A stretch of 64,000 nucleotides of DNA, from the NCBI GenBank assembly GCA_035221665.1, contig CM069148.1:11160001-11224000 (forward strand), written 5' to 3'. A program made the translations under genes and the position numbers. Below the pieces are notes generated by a model. It made no database searches, was not told the DNA's origin, and was given only the letters and a program-made list of their open reading frames with translations. Shown here in pieces: positions 38,611-52,200 of the stretch (positions within the stretch are counted from its first letter, which is position 1; each line of letters begins with the position of its first letter). Source of the stretch: Okamejei kenojei. Lineage: Eukaryota.

Positions 38611-41064
38611 GTGAGTTTACTTGCTCTCCTTGTATGTTGGTTATTGAATTTTGAATATATTGTTTTCACAATCCTCAATCGCGAGGAAAGATACATATCC
38701 TGCAAGTTTCCATCTTCGATTTATTGCACAACTCCGATTTAGTAAACATATTTCACACTTTAACCAGCTTTGTATCGTTGGCAGCTTGTTTGAAATATGG
38801 CTTTGGGCACATGAGTAATCTTCGAGCAGAAATATAAAACGCTGGGGAATCTGTAGGAAATTGAATGGGAATTTAGGTCAATTTACCGCCGTGGTGTTCA
38901 ATCGTTCGCCGGTCTTAACTTGTGGAGTGCTTTATTCCCCCCTAATCTCCCAATCAACGTCAGGAAATATTCATTTGTGTACATTTGCTGGGCTTGTACT
39001 AATAGCTGCCGATTTATTTTAACCGTAGACGGCCGCCACGCATCCGTTTATTTTACCAATGAAATAAATACATTTCTCAGAGGTGAACCAGAGAATTTAG
39101 TAAAATTTCCCTCAGCGAATGTAGCTCAAGGACTCTGTCAGCGTGCCGGCAATGTATCAGATATACTGTAACGTGGGTTTGTCTAACGTCACTTTTTCTG
39201 CATGTTTATAAGTAGTTTATGTTTATTAATGATAAGAAAGAGCAAAATAATTCACTCTAGGCCAAAGCTAGCTGTCTGATGCAGAAGCAATGACCCGATA
39301 ATGTATTGTGTCAGTTTGAATTAAGCAATCAGCAGATTCATTAGGGCCGCTTCCTCAATGTTTCCAACTCATATTTACTCTGTACCAACGTTTGGGTTTG
39401 TTTAAAACCTCGATATTACTATTCATTCTCATCTCGGGAATTAATGTTTAGCCAGCTAGCACCAGCCTGCACTTGTGCCTGCTAAAACGCAAAATAATCG
39501 AACAACGTGTCTCCTTCTCTATTGCAGTTTCCTTAAATTATTGCATAAAAATATCACCCGCTTCGCTACTTGTTTATTGCAAAATTTGTTTAATTTAGAA
39601 CAATTAATGTGCCGACAATTAAAAGATAGCACAGGCCGGCGAAAGGAAAAAAAAATTTGTGATATATTGTTTCGGGATGTCGTAAATTCAGAGCTCATTT
39701 AGATCTAACATATAATTTCAAATTCACTTTCAATGCAAGGCGCCAGGAAGACATTTAGCATTTAAAGGGCAGGAGTTTACAGATCTCACTCTGAACTAAC
39801 TACTCGCTATCCAAATAAATTAACATGGACTTCACCAGGCCGCGCTATCTAATAAACACATCGTAAAAAGATCAGTACAGGTTTATCTGTGAATGTGTAG
39901 AAGTATTTCTAGTGCATGCGTCTTCACAGTAAACAAAACAGTAAAATAGCAGCGTGAGTGGAAATTGTAAATAAATCCCGGTTTCAACAAAACCGAAGTA
40001 CCAGAATTTCCATGACTGATTTTTTTTTATATGGTCAGAAATGGAAATAGGTATGGCGGGGATTTTATGGCTATTCTGGTGCGCTTGTGGCGTTTAATTG
40101 AATAGTTCATAACATATACCCTCGGCCGGCCGTGAACGGCTGGGCAGCCAAAACAGTGTTACAGCTTGGGTCGAAATTTGCAGCAGGGCAGACGGAGGAA
40201 GACCACAATCGGTGGACTGCCGTCCGCACTTCGGCGTAAAAATGAAAGGGGGGTAAGATGGGACTCTGTATTTGGGCCTTTGATAAGCAATTGCCTGATC
40301 AGCACTTGTTTTTTTTTTCTCTCCCTGCACCGAGTCGACAATAGTAAACAGTGGGCTGAAATTACGGCACTGAAATATATCAGCTGGTGATTCCGTTTTC
40401 TATTATTTTAAAAATACAATTTGATAAGTCTGTAAAACAGCGTGTGAAATTTTCGGGGAGTGATAAATTGCTTTTTGCAATCCGACTAATTAGGAAGGCA
40501 TTTCCAGCCCTCCGGTAAGAAAAAAATCCATCATCGTTAAAAGATAGCAATGTGTTTGTGTATATGTTGATCAAATGTTGCAAATGCACCAGCCACTTCC
40601 TAAACCGAGGAAAGACTAATGAAGGTAGTTGAAATCTCCTGGTCAGCGACGGTTTCTGTTGGGTTCAGTTGGGGAAGTTAAGCGCCCGGGCATCGCCTTC
40701 GCGCTGACTTTTCTGAGTAATCAGGTAGTCACCCTTCGCTGCTGTAAATATTTACGCAGGAGAGCCGGCATGCTGGGAGAAAGTATTTGTTTGAAGTTTA
40801 TTTTTTTTGTGAGTGTGTGCGTGCAGGAATAGATAACAAAGCTAGTCTATAAATTATATTCCACCGATCTCTAATGAATAGAAAGAAGAGGGGAGGGAGG
40901 AAAAAAAAGCAAGCGTCCAGGAATTTGAGTTCAGATAGAATAGTGCGGGTGCTGGATGTGGGGGGGGGGGGGGGGGGGGGGGGGCAATGAGCGTCATGCT
41001 CAGGGTGGTAAAGGAAACAGAATGAAGTATTTGGAAAAAGAGAAGGTAAAAAAAAAAGAAAATG

Positions 41065-41255
41065 CAAGCTGGTCCATTTCGTTATTGTACCCCGCTTTTA
41101 GCAAACCCCTTCAATGGGACCTTTATTATAATTGTCTCTGCGCAATTGAGCGCCCCGCGGAGCTGTTGTATCTTTTTACAACCCTTTACAACCCGTACCA
41201 GCAACACAATTACCTCCAGATACTCATAACAGAAATTACTTGCTTTATTTCTGGA
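41065..41255. promoter_or_regulatory. Candidate conserved element in intron 2
   Basis: Complex Sox/homeodomain-motif-rich block (ttattgt, ataattg, caatta) between low-complexity G-rich flanks; not verified. Confidence 0.35.
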
Positions 41256-42343
41256 GGGGGTCGGGAGGGAGGAGGGAGGAGGGAGGGGGGGGGGGGGAGA
41301 AGAAAACAAAAGAAAATGATAATTCTGCTCGGTGACTGCTCGATGTTGGAAGTTGAAAGTCTTGAAGAGCGCGCTACGTTTAGCTGGACGCTGTGTTGCT
41401 GGTTGGGGAGTACGGGAGGGAGGGAGGGGCGGCTGGAGGAGAGGGGGTGGGGGGTGTCGGGTGCATGCTCGATGGGTATGGGCTGTAAGCAGAATAAAGA
41501 GCATTGTTCACATTCTGTAGTCTTTGTCGATCAGTTCTGACCCCCTCCCGTTACTGCTTTTTAAGCAGCCAGGCAAGGTAGACAGCGTGTGTCAGAATAC
41601 CTCAGTATAAAGAAGATCTAAAGACCGGGGAAGAAAGTTAATCATGAGTAACTAAGTTCAAAAGTGCGTTATGGTGTACAGTACCTTAAGGCCTTTTCTT
41701 GTTGTGGTTACAAAGAAAGCACAGGACTCAAGACTACCCAAACTGCGTGGACCATCGTGCAATAATGTCCGTAAACACAACCCCTCGGAGTTTATTTTCC
41801 CTTCCAAACCGGGCGCCAACACTTGAGTTTAAATATATCTTAAAGGTATTAAAATGAGACCACTTTCCGCCCACACTCGTGTCGTTATTACACAACGTTC
41901 TTGCACCAGGCAGGTTCACCAGCAACAAATTGAAGTCATTAGGCCGAGCGTGCGGCCCGAACGCTCTCGGAATCAAGAAACAAGAACCCCGTGTGTGCAG
42001 GCAGGCTAAGAGTGTGCATCTGTCGCGGTTCTTGAATCGAATAAAAAGGCTCTTCTCACTGTTCCCCGTGCACGGGAGAATTCCAGCGGAAATCCGTTGC
42101 ACCTCCAAATATTCAAAATAGAAAAAGCGTTCAGTAAGTATAGTACACCATGTTAAAAAGAGCAGACCCCGGTACAAACTTTACGCTTCTCATAGTCAGG
42201 GCCAGGCACCCATAAACTGCGGAATCTTTAACGAGTGATTTAGTGAAATTTAAATAGTGAAATTCTCGAAATTGCATCGATTATATTACATTAACACTAC
42301 TTCCTGGTTGCCATAATAAACTTTTTTTTTGCTTTTTCCATAG

Positions 42344-42407
42344 AGGGAAGACTTTAACTAGTGGTAAACAGATGTCTGTGGCCACTGATTGCCAACACAG
42401 CTTTGAG
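42344..42407 (+). other. PAX6: PAX6 5'UTR exon 3 with GC donor
   Basis: Polypyrimidine tract plus tag|agggaagactttaactag..cagatgt (human GGGGAAGACTTTAACTAG..CAGATGT); donor gag|gcacgt. Confidence 0.8.
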
Positions 42408-42722
42408 GCACGTTTCGCGTGATTACTATTTTCATTATCCCAGCAGAATTTAAATAGCAAATTTTCCAAGCAACCTTTAAATATCAGAAAACGATCGTTT
42501 GGCGTTAAACTTAAAAAAAAACTTTATAATTTGCCGTTTTCTGATTCTACAGTAAGCACTCTTGGCTTTTTTTTCTTTTACATTTGTTCTGTGAGTGGAA
42601 AATTTTAGATTAGATTTCTGAACGATTGTAGAGTTTGTGACTTTAACTGATTAACACATACTTTTTATTACTAATAGAGCACTGTAAACAAGCCACGTGG
42701 GACATTGGTGTAACAATTCAAC

Positions 42723-42732
42723 ATGCAGAACA
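42723..42732 (+). CDS. PAX6: PAX6 exon 4 coding part (MQN+; whole exon 42678-42732)
   Basis: ATGCAGAACA|gtaagt, in phase with exon 5 (A|GT = Ser). Confidence 0.93.
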
Positions 42733-44369
42733 GTAAGTGACGCTTCGCCAACCTTTATCAATCACCCAATAATTATCAAATATTAATGTTCATGCGTGGA
42801 AGAGGCCGCTCTTCTCGTAACTCAAGGGTTAAAGACTCCCATAATTAATAATAATTGTATAAATTGCTGTGCAGAAAGACCTTTCGTCTGCTCGGCAAAG
42901 TATACAATGTTGGGATACCTATCGTAAAGTTAACGTGAGTGCAGGGTTTCTGACTATCCGCTGTGAATGTGTGTACTGTTAAACGCCAACAAAAATTACC
43001 ATCTTAATTTACCAACTAATTGAATAGAAAATGACATTTGATCACGTCAGTCGCCTACGATTCCTTATTTTGAAAGGACACTTGATATCTCGAGTTCCTA
43101 TTTTATTCCTTCTCCATGATGGGACGGAACTGGGAGATTCAAATGCTTATGTGTTCTTTGTTCAACTCCAATCACGGTCGCGTCCCATTAGTTAGCTACA
43201 ACATTTAATCTCCAATATTTGCTCCAAATTTCGCCCCTCCCGCCAGGAAAACGTACTATTTTCATTTACGGGTAATAAAATGAGTTGTGAAAACCTCCAA
43301 AAAGTGCCATCGAAAATACCCACCGAGAAAGTAGGTGTAAATATAAACCCGGACACTTTTTGAGGTTAATCTTAATGGGATTAATTGAAATGGGATGTAT
43401 GTGTATTATCGAGTAAACTGTTGTGCGAATCGCTGAGTAGATATCGTTCGGGTGAAGCCTGCAGTTTGTCTAAAGGTCGCGTCGGGCTCTTCGGGCTTTG
43501 TGCTAATAACTCCTGGGTGTATATGCTGCATAGCATCCAAATTGCCACCATATGTTTTCGTATTAGATGACTCGCAATAGAATACAGGACGCATTATCAT
43601 CGCCGCTGGGCGATTGCTGCCCGTCCAAGCAGGGAGATTAATACTGTGATTAAGATGCACTTAAAAAAAAAAGTCAAAATGTCCTGTTTATACAAACCGA
43701 ATGTACCTTTCCTTTGAAAAAACAATAAAATCCGGAAATTAGCAGGTGGAGTATGGGGGAGGGGGATGAATGAGATACTGCAACGGCCTTAGCTATGTGT
43801 TAGTTGGTGTAAGGCATACCACTTAATATACAGAGAGTCTTTTGATAGAGAATTGGATACTCCCACAGTACCCCAGGTAGCTGAGGCTGCCGGTTTTGTT
43901 TCAAAGATTCACACCTTTTGCTGTTCTTTGAGAATGCCAAGGTCTTTCCAGAACTGGTGTTCAGTTTGGTTGTGTGGTTTGTGGATTTATTTATTTTTGG
44001 GGTTAATTACCGATGTTATCGTTAAAACACTCGTACTACCAATGTATGCGAAAAGAGTCACTGAGAGTTCCTTTAGCCTTTAATGGGTTTTCCCAAAGAA
44101 AATTGTATTATTAATCCTACATTTGAATGTTTGGAGAGATTATCTATATATTGGAGGATTAAACGTTAAAGCAGAATTTTGTTCATTTGTAGCAAATCAA
44201 TGTTAAACAGCAAGGCACGGAAGAGTTAGAAATAGGAATTGTACGTATCTTACGAAGCCCCCTTGCATGTACTTTAAAAAAAAAAGTAAATTTGTGTATT
44301 TGTATCATGAAGCTGCATAGAATTAAGTAGGGCGCGCGTTCCCGGCGTCGTGACCGCGCCTTGCCCCAA

Positions 44370-44720
44370 AGCAACCTTAAAATGAAGCTGTCCTTTCAGG
44401 GCAACGAGTGTGGTGCAATACGCTATGAATGATATACAAATGCGGACAGAAAGGGACGTTTTATCATGATACTATTTGTCGTGACGATGCGATTTTCAAA
44501 GTGGAACCGTGTCATGAAGTGACATGCCTGCCACAAGTGTTTGCGGCTGATCTTTTCAATTATCCTTCGTGCGCTATCCAAGGAGACTTCCGCTTATTTC
44601 TAGAAATTAAGCTCAAAGTTGACGTGCAGCTAGCTTGATTTTGGAGACAAATGTCAGCAAAGCTCATCATTTTCCCTCCTATATTCGGAGCTTATTTATG
44701 GCTAAGTGGCTTGGCTTTTT
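44370..44720 (+). promoter_or_regulatory. PAX6 intron-4 alpha / neuroretina enhancer (exon alpha region)
   Basis: gacttccgc.tatttc.agaaattaagctcaaa.ttgacgtgcagctag..gacaaatgtcag..gctcatcat..ggagcttattta and aagtgacat.cctgcca..ctgatcttttcaatta match the highly conserved human element as recalled. Confidence 0.85.
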
Positions 44721-45261
44721 GGACCAATTTAGCAGGCGTTCCTAGGGAGAGAAGAACAGGTTCTCCACGAGCTTCCTCCAGGGACACGGTAGCTGTCTGA
44801 GGTCCAGGTCCGGAGTCTTCACGGGCTTGCAATTACTGCCCCACTTCTGTTTCTGATAGGCAAATGCAGTGGTTTGCGGTCGGTGCATTGGATTTCACTT
44901 GTGATTTCATGAAAATCGCGCTTCTACTTGCAATGTTGGGTTGAGTCGAGTTTGCAACGAAAATTTTGCGGTGAATTGTTGGTTGCATCGCTCGATTAAG
45001 TGCTCTCTCGTCCGGTTTAGCGAAACAAAATGTTGCTTTTGTTGGCTCACTGGTTTTAACGCGCTGTTTGGGTCGATTAGTATGTTGCATTTTTTTTCGG
45101 TTTGGGGCAATTGAATCGACGCCTTCTTTGCTAGTCAGGTATTTTGATTGGCAGTTTCTGTGTTCAGAGGGAAAGAGCGCGTTTATAGGTCAGTTTTTGT
45201 TTTGCAATTGGGATATCTGGCGGGATTAACCAAGGCCGGTGTGAGGAGCGAACGTTGCTGA

Positions 45262-45612
<351 letters not shown>

Positions 45613-45684
45613 TAATTTCTTTCGAAATTGGCAAACGAACAAGAAATTATCTTGAATTGATCGTAAAATGGTAATACTCCCCCC

Positions 45685-45743
45685 TGCCATTTAAGGGTTT
45701 ATTTTTGTATTGTAGACCCAATGTTGATGCAAAACAAAATTAA
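45685..45743 (+). pseudogene. Degenerate duplicate of the exon 5a acceptor and 5' half (pseudo-exon)
   Basis: tgccatttaagggtttatttttgtattgtag|acccaatgttgatgcaaaa versus tgccatttaaggtatatttttgtattgtag|acccatactgatgcaaaa about 124 bp downstream. Confidence 0.8.
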
Positions 45744-45838
45744 GTTTGAAACTTTTTTTCATAACTTTGGCACACGCCAAATTGATGCAATATTGGTACG
45801 TTTCCCATTGCCATTTAAGGTATATTTTTGTATTGTAG

Positions 45839-45880
45839 ACCCATACTGATGCAAAAGTCCAAGTAGTGGATAATCGAAAA
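45839..45880 (+). CDS. PAX6: PAX6 alternative exon 5a (THTDAKVQVVDNRK)
   Basis: 42 nt, tgtag|...aaa|gtaagc; homologous to human THADAKVQVLDNQN. Confidence 0.95.
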
Positions 45881-46009
45881 GTAAGCTCAACATTGTTTAA
45901 CTATATCTAAATATCTACATAAATATATACTATCAAACTAAAAGAGCCATTTCATTTGTTAAACATTATTTGATGTCTTTGCTTTCCACTTATGCTTGTG
46001 CACTTATAG

Positions 46010-46243
<234 letters not shown>

Positions 46244-46954
46244 TAACTTTTAACGGAGGGAATGGTGTATTTATTACCGTTAACGAGTGCACACATAAAA
46301 ACACCCTATTTGACATGGATTTTTTTTAGTATATGTGTGATTTCATTAACGGGACCACGAATCGAGATCTCATAGGCGTCGGTTTTATTACAGAAATGGT
46401 GCTTTTGATTATTTTTTTCCTCACAGATCACTTTAACCCAATGTTTATAAAGCCATCATCTTTAAAAGCTAAATACCCAAAGACGTGGAGCAAATGTATT
46501 TATATTCGGCAAAATTATAATAGTTTTACAATAATAATTTCAGTAATTATTTTCAAAATTTGTTTTAAACTTGTTAGTTAATTGATGAGGGTGCGTAAAA
46601 AGGCCGACCGTACAACACTCAAAATCAATTGCTGTAGATTCAGTTATAATTTTGCACATTAATTAAACCTGGTCAGCGGTGATTGCGAACTTAAAAAAAT
46701 ATTTCAAAGGAAATACATGGCTGTCTAGTTACGTAATCGCTAAGTAATTATGCTTCACTTAACAACAAAACCTGAACAATTCGTGTTCTTAATATGAAAC
46801 ACATTTCATAGATCAAGTGATATTGATTAGTTAACCATAATTCTTATATATAAATTATCTTTTACTTTTAGTTAAAATCCTCAAATTAATCGTCTTCATC
46901 GTTGATGTTTGACCCTCCCAAATTGTTCTTTTTAACGATATTTATCAAGAGTGA

Positions 46955-47176
<222 letters not shown>

Positions 47177-48819
47177 TAACAGGGAACGGATGCATATGGA
47201 TCCTGTGCGAGATTATTTGATTTTGGCATCGTGATCGGCACGGACATTGTAGGCTGAAGGGTCTGTTCCTGCACTGAATTGTTCTATGATCAATGCTCCA
47301 TGTCCTATAAGCGGCTAAATAGTCCAAAGTACAAGATGCTCCAGGTGTAACAGATAAGGAAAGAAATACAGTGCCAAGTATTCAGCTATATGATGAACAT
47401 CTAAGAGTTGGTGACCCACTGCAGGCTAAACCAGACAGTTGAAGTTTGTTCAACGGCCCTTTAATGACAAATCATTTGTTATCTTTGGAATGTGTTTCTC
47501 AGCTGCTCTCATTGCCAAGGCTCAGTGGAATGCAGAGACCTTCTGTTCTTTCATTTGAGGAGCAAATGTATTACATTCGGTCAACGTGAATGGAGAAACT
47601 CGGATACCAAGTGATAAAAATCAAATCAAAGGATGTATTTTCTATATTGCCCTCAAACCCATAGATTAATTCGTATCATGATGATTTTTGAACGTCGAAA
47701 CGCACCAACGCATAAAATGAGCAAATGACCCACTGACTATTCTCCCCGTTCTAAGCGGCGGGGCCGGTAAATGCGAATAACAATTTGTGTCTGTTTCGCG
47801 CTTTTATTGGTGTAAACGCGCGCCCCTTGCCTTGAGCGGATCAACTGGCTCATATAATGTCGCCATTGCTATCCAGTCCCTTCCACAATTTCGGACAAGA
47901 ATGTTATGTGCGGCGTAGCTTCAGAGCCCGGAAATGACCCATTCATTTGGCTACAACTTCGCTCCTTTTACCCTAATTTCAATATATATATATATCCCAA
48001 GTAACAACAAATTCACGCGGACATTAAATAACTAGAACGTATTTTATTGCGAGGGGTCTGATTAAATCACCGAGCGCCTTCACTTTCATCTTTTTACTTC
48101 TTCAATATAAAAACAATCTTCATTTAGAAAGAGTTTTAAAGTGCGTGACAATGCTGATAAGAAACAAAAACGTTCAAGCCCATTAACAGAGAGGGAATCG
48201 AAAGAATAACGAGGGAAAAACGAGGGAAGCATATTCCCGGATAGGATAGAAGAAGACATTAATTTAAAATATCTTAATTGGGGAATGACCTTAACCTTGA
48301 ATACTTTGCCGGAAGGTTAAGAAAAAACCTAGATCACATTCGGCAGAAACCAAATGCCTGGTGCAAATTTATTTAAGTAATCTTATCCCGTCGCACAATA
48401 ATCCTGTTGACAATGAAGAACGAAACTACTCCAAGGCCAGAGATTCTCCAAACCAAAAAAAATAGTTTCCAACAAACTACACTGTATGTTGCAATTGCGT
48501 CCCTTTAACTAAATTACTGTCCAATACTTTGAGAAACATTGTAAGATACAGGTTCAATGGTTCAATTGGTCAAAGTTTCACAAGTTTTGGACTTTACATT
48601 ATTGCGCGCAACTTTGTGCGGCTGATGCCAACTGCGCGGCCGACACCGTTCATGTTGAAGGTTAGCCGCTGTTTATTATCGCGATAGCGGTGAGATACTG
48701 TGCAGTGTAATTGGATGTGATGTTACTCGCTGGGTTAGAGGGGAGGGAGGCTGGGGAGGGGGCAACGGGGAAGGGAAGGGAGAGCGGCCAGTGAGGCACA
48801 TTTCCCCCCTTCCCGTGTA

Positions 48820-49260
48820 TCCCGTGTGTCATTAGTGAGCCTGTGAGTGGCAGTCATCAGCTCGGGGAGGAGGGATTTCGGCCACAACCTGCTTTTTGTT
48901 CACAGATTCAGCAACAGTGTGCGGAATATATTGTACAAAGGATGTTTCTGCCACACGCAAGAATTTGTTATGGGAACAATTCTGTCGCTATGTAATTGCT
49001 CATTAGAGAGCGTTTTGTTTCTCATTAAGCAACATGAATAAGCGTCTAGTTCTCGGAGACAGCTGTAGAAATGTTGCACGTGAGACCCCTGGACACCATA
49101 TCGCACCACTTGCCAATTAGACGTGTCAGCTTTCTGAGAAGCAAACAATATAAGAAGGGCACTAAAAAGATACACAGCAGCGGATTGCTTTCTGTAAAAT
49201 ATCCCCAACTTGTTATAGCACTCTTAATGAAGCCATCGACGCAACTAACAACCAATGTAT
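48820..49260. promoter_or_regulatory. Candidate intron-7 conserved enhancer (CE1-CE3 class)
   Basis: Repeat-free block dense in homeodomain/Sox-like motifs (tcattag, attgtac, aacaat, taattg, caattag). PAX6 intron 7 is known to hold several CNEs; assignment unverified. Confidence 0.5.
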
Positions 49261-52200
49261 TGCAACACAGGGGCGCTTCAGAAGTCCAGACTCCAAACTT
49301 CTAAACAACTTGAACTCGCCCCTCGTCCCAATGAGAGACAAACAAATCCTGGAACCCAACTATTGCCGAAAGACTCGGTGTGGGAGTACAGTTGTTTCTG
49401 CAGTCTGGAGCATTTGTAGATGTGAAGTGTCGGGGTTGTGATTCGGGAGAAGGCGATACAAACCTAACGCCCGTTACTTGCATTCAATACATTTAAAAAA
49501 AAAACGATAACCTTGGACTTTTGTTTTAAACCCCCCGTTTCGATGCTGCTTACTGTACAACCCGCTGAGAATTACATGCAGGATGTCATGGGTCACTGGT
49601 CCTGGCGTAATTTCAATAAATTGCTAGATGAGGCGATTTTTTAAAACAATAAAATGAGATTTTGAGATACTTCCTTTTTTTATGCCATATAGGAGCCACT
49701 ATAGAATAGTTATAGGTCAAGATTAAAATCACGGACATAAGTAATTACCACCATTTATTCCGTCCCATGGTGTGTTTCCCATGGCTTGCAAGGGTGGGCA
49801 ATAAACGCGAAGTGACTGCTAAGGCTGTCTGGATATTTTAGGTGAATTATGTTGATTGGAATCCCCAGGGATAGCTGGGGAAATCCAAACTTGTTTACTG
49901 CAATTACACGGTAATGATGTCGGTGGAGGTGGGATTTGTCTGACAGTTGTTTTAAGTAGTTAGGACCATGCAGGCCGCGGGGAGATTTCATACCGAGCTG
50001 AGACTGTTCTCCGTTCGAACCCTGGCTGCCTGTTTAATAAATGTACTCCACGGCAGAACCTAATGGGCTACTTCGGGCCTCAACAGAACAAAAATCTGCA
50101 TAACGTTTGTGAACTCGGAAATATTCCTCACGTACACTCACAGAGCCGACAGCAGAGAACGATATGTGTAGGAAGGAACTACAGAGGCTGGTTTACACCG
50201 AAGATAAAAACAAAATGTAACTCAACGGGACAGGCATGATCTCTGGAGAGAAGGAATGGGTGACGTTTCGGTTCTAGACCCTTCTTCAGACTGCGATATC
50301 ATTTGTTCTCTCTGAAGTACATGCCTCCACTCTGCCCATAGTTTTGTAAAAAACAAAGTTTCCCCTCTATCGTGCTTCTTTCTATTCGAAGCATTGTAAT
50401 GAATGCAATGTAATCATTGCAATCGCATTAACACAATCGATTGGCCGGTCGCTGTCGCACTGTTGTTTGTGCAAACTTGCTGAGGGTAAATTGGCTTCCA
50501 TCGCAAGCGAGATGCTTGGCAAGAGAGGGACCCTGACCCGAAAGGTAGCCGATCCATGTCCTCCGGAGATGCTGCCTGGCCCGCTGAGTCAGTCCCGCAC
50601 TTTGCGCCTTTTTTTTTTAAATTTATGTAAACCAACATGTGCAGTTCCTTGTGTCTACGAGAACGTGATTGGCAGATCATCTGAAAGATGCTACATTATC
50701 GCGAGTCCGTCAGTTACCAGTCTGAAGAAGGTTCCCAACCCGAAAGGTCCTCTGTCCATTCCCTGCACAGATGCTGCCTGACCCGCTGAGTTGCTCCAGC
50801 ACTTTGTGTTTTGCTCACGATTCCAGCATTTGCAGTTCCATGCGTCTTCAGATACTAGTCTCAGCTTGTCATTCCCTGATCCCGAAGTGTAATCATCGTG
50901 TTCTATTATACATTAAACCGAGGAGGGATTATATTACCAATGACAGCCGATTGTATCTCCGAGCTGTTTTCAGCAGAGAAAGGCTTTCCCATCATCTGTT
51001 ACAAGATATCATTGGTCTGGATTAGAACAACTCTACATTTCGCCATTAAAAAAAATAATGTCTTAATCGCATTATCAATTCCGACCATTAACTTTCCCTT
51101 AGCAAAGCAACTTGTAACCCCAACAGGAAATCTGTAATCACATCTCTCTCCGAGATGATTAAGAGCCACCCTCCACTAAATAGTCCGAAAAAGAACTCGA
51201 GAAAATATTGAAACTAAGCCCAAATCAGAATATCCATAAAAAATAAACGAAATAACCAAAAACATGGAAACAAGTTAGCCTATAAAGTCACGAAACAAGT
51301 TCGCTTCACTTCCTCATTATGAAATATTTCATGGAGCATCCGTCCCTGTGGCCAACTTGGTTCGACTAGTATTCGAAGTTATCTGACCCTTCATTACAGT
51401 CTTGCAGAGGAATGTTATTTTTACGCTTTCCCAATGACCCGACGATTAGTGAAAAAAATATGGCGATTAATGTTATTTCCAAGCCACGTGTTACGGAAAT
51501 ATATTGCAAACGAACTTTTACATGAAGTTAAACATGATTTCGGGCCTTGATGATTATTTCAATTAGCTCAACCATGCATGCAATATTATCCACAGTAGTC
51601 TTTTAATTCGATACCACTTTAAAAATATAGGAGCCACGAGGAGGGAATAATTGCTTTAATGTCCCAGTTCCAACGAATTGTTCCCCTCGATCCAACTGAA
51701 CGGCGACCTTTGTATCTTTGACCAATAAAGCGACACGGAGCAGATGTATTCCCCAAATAATAAACGGGACTCCTTTAAGAATATCCACACAACTTCTTAA
51801 TGCTCCGGATCCAACTCGTGCCTCGATGTTTGAGTAGGTTTTTAAAAGTCCATTATGTGAAGCGCAAGTCAGGGTTAGATCTCAGAGAGGGAGTATGGTT
51901 TCAGGACGATTTATGTCAACCGGCAGAGGAGAAAAAAATAATAGCAATATCGAGTGTGATAATAGTTTAAGGGAGACATCTTTATCAACCCTGTCCTTTA
52001 GATCAGGGAGTGCGACATTCTCCAGCGAATTAGGGGGTTTAAGCATCGCTGTGACAGTTTGTTCTTAATCTTTTTTTTTCTTAAAGCCTTCTACAGGATT
52101 TAGACACTTTTCTTTCACAAGGTTTATAGTGAAAGCCAGTGTGTTTCTCATCTGCGCTGGTGCGCTGAAGAGTGCCGCAATCCGTTTGCTATCTCCTTGC

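Noticed and set aside
40956-41540. 194-aa ORF in intron 2 and other 150-180 aa ORFs (35465, 36577, 56210)
   Set aside because: Non-ATG starts or simple-repeat-derived composition; no splice or homology support.
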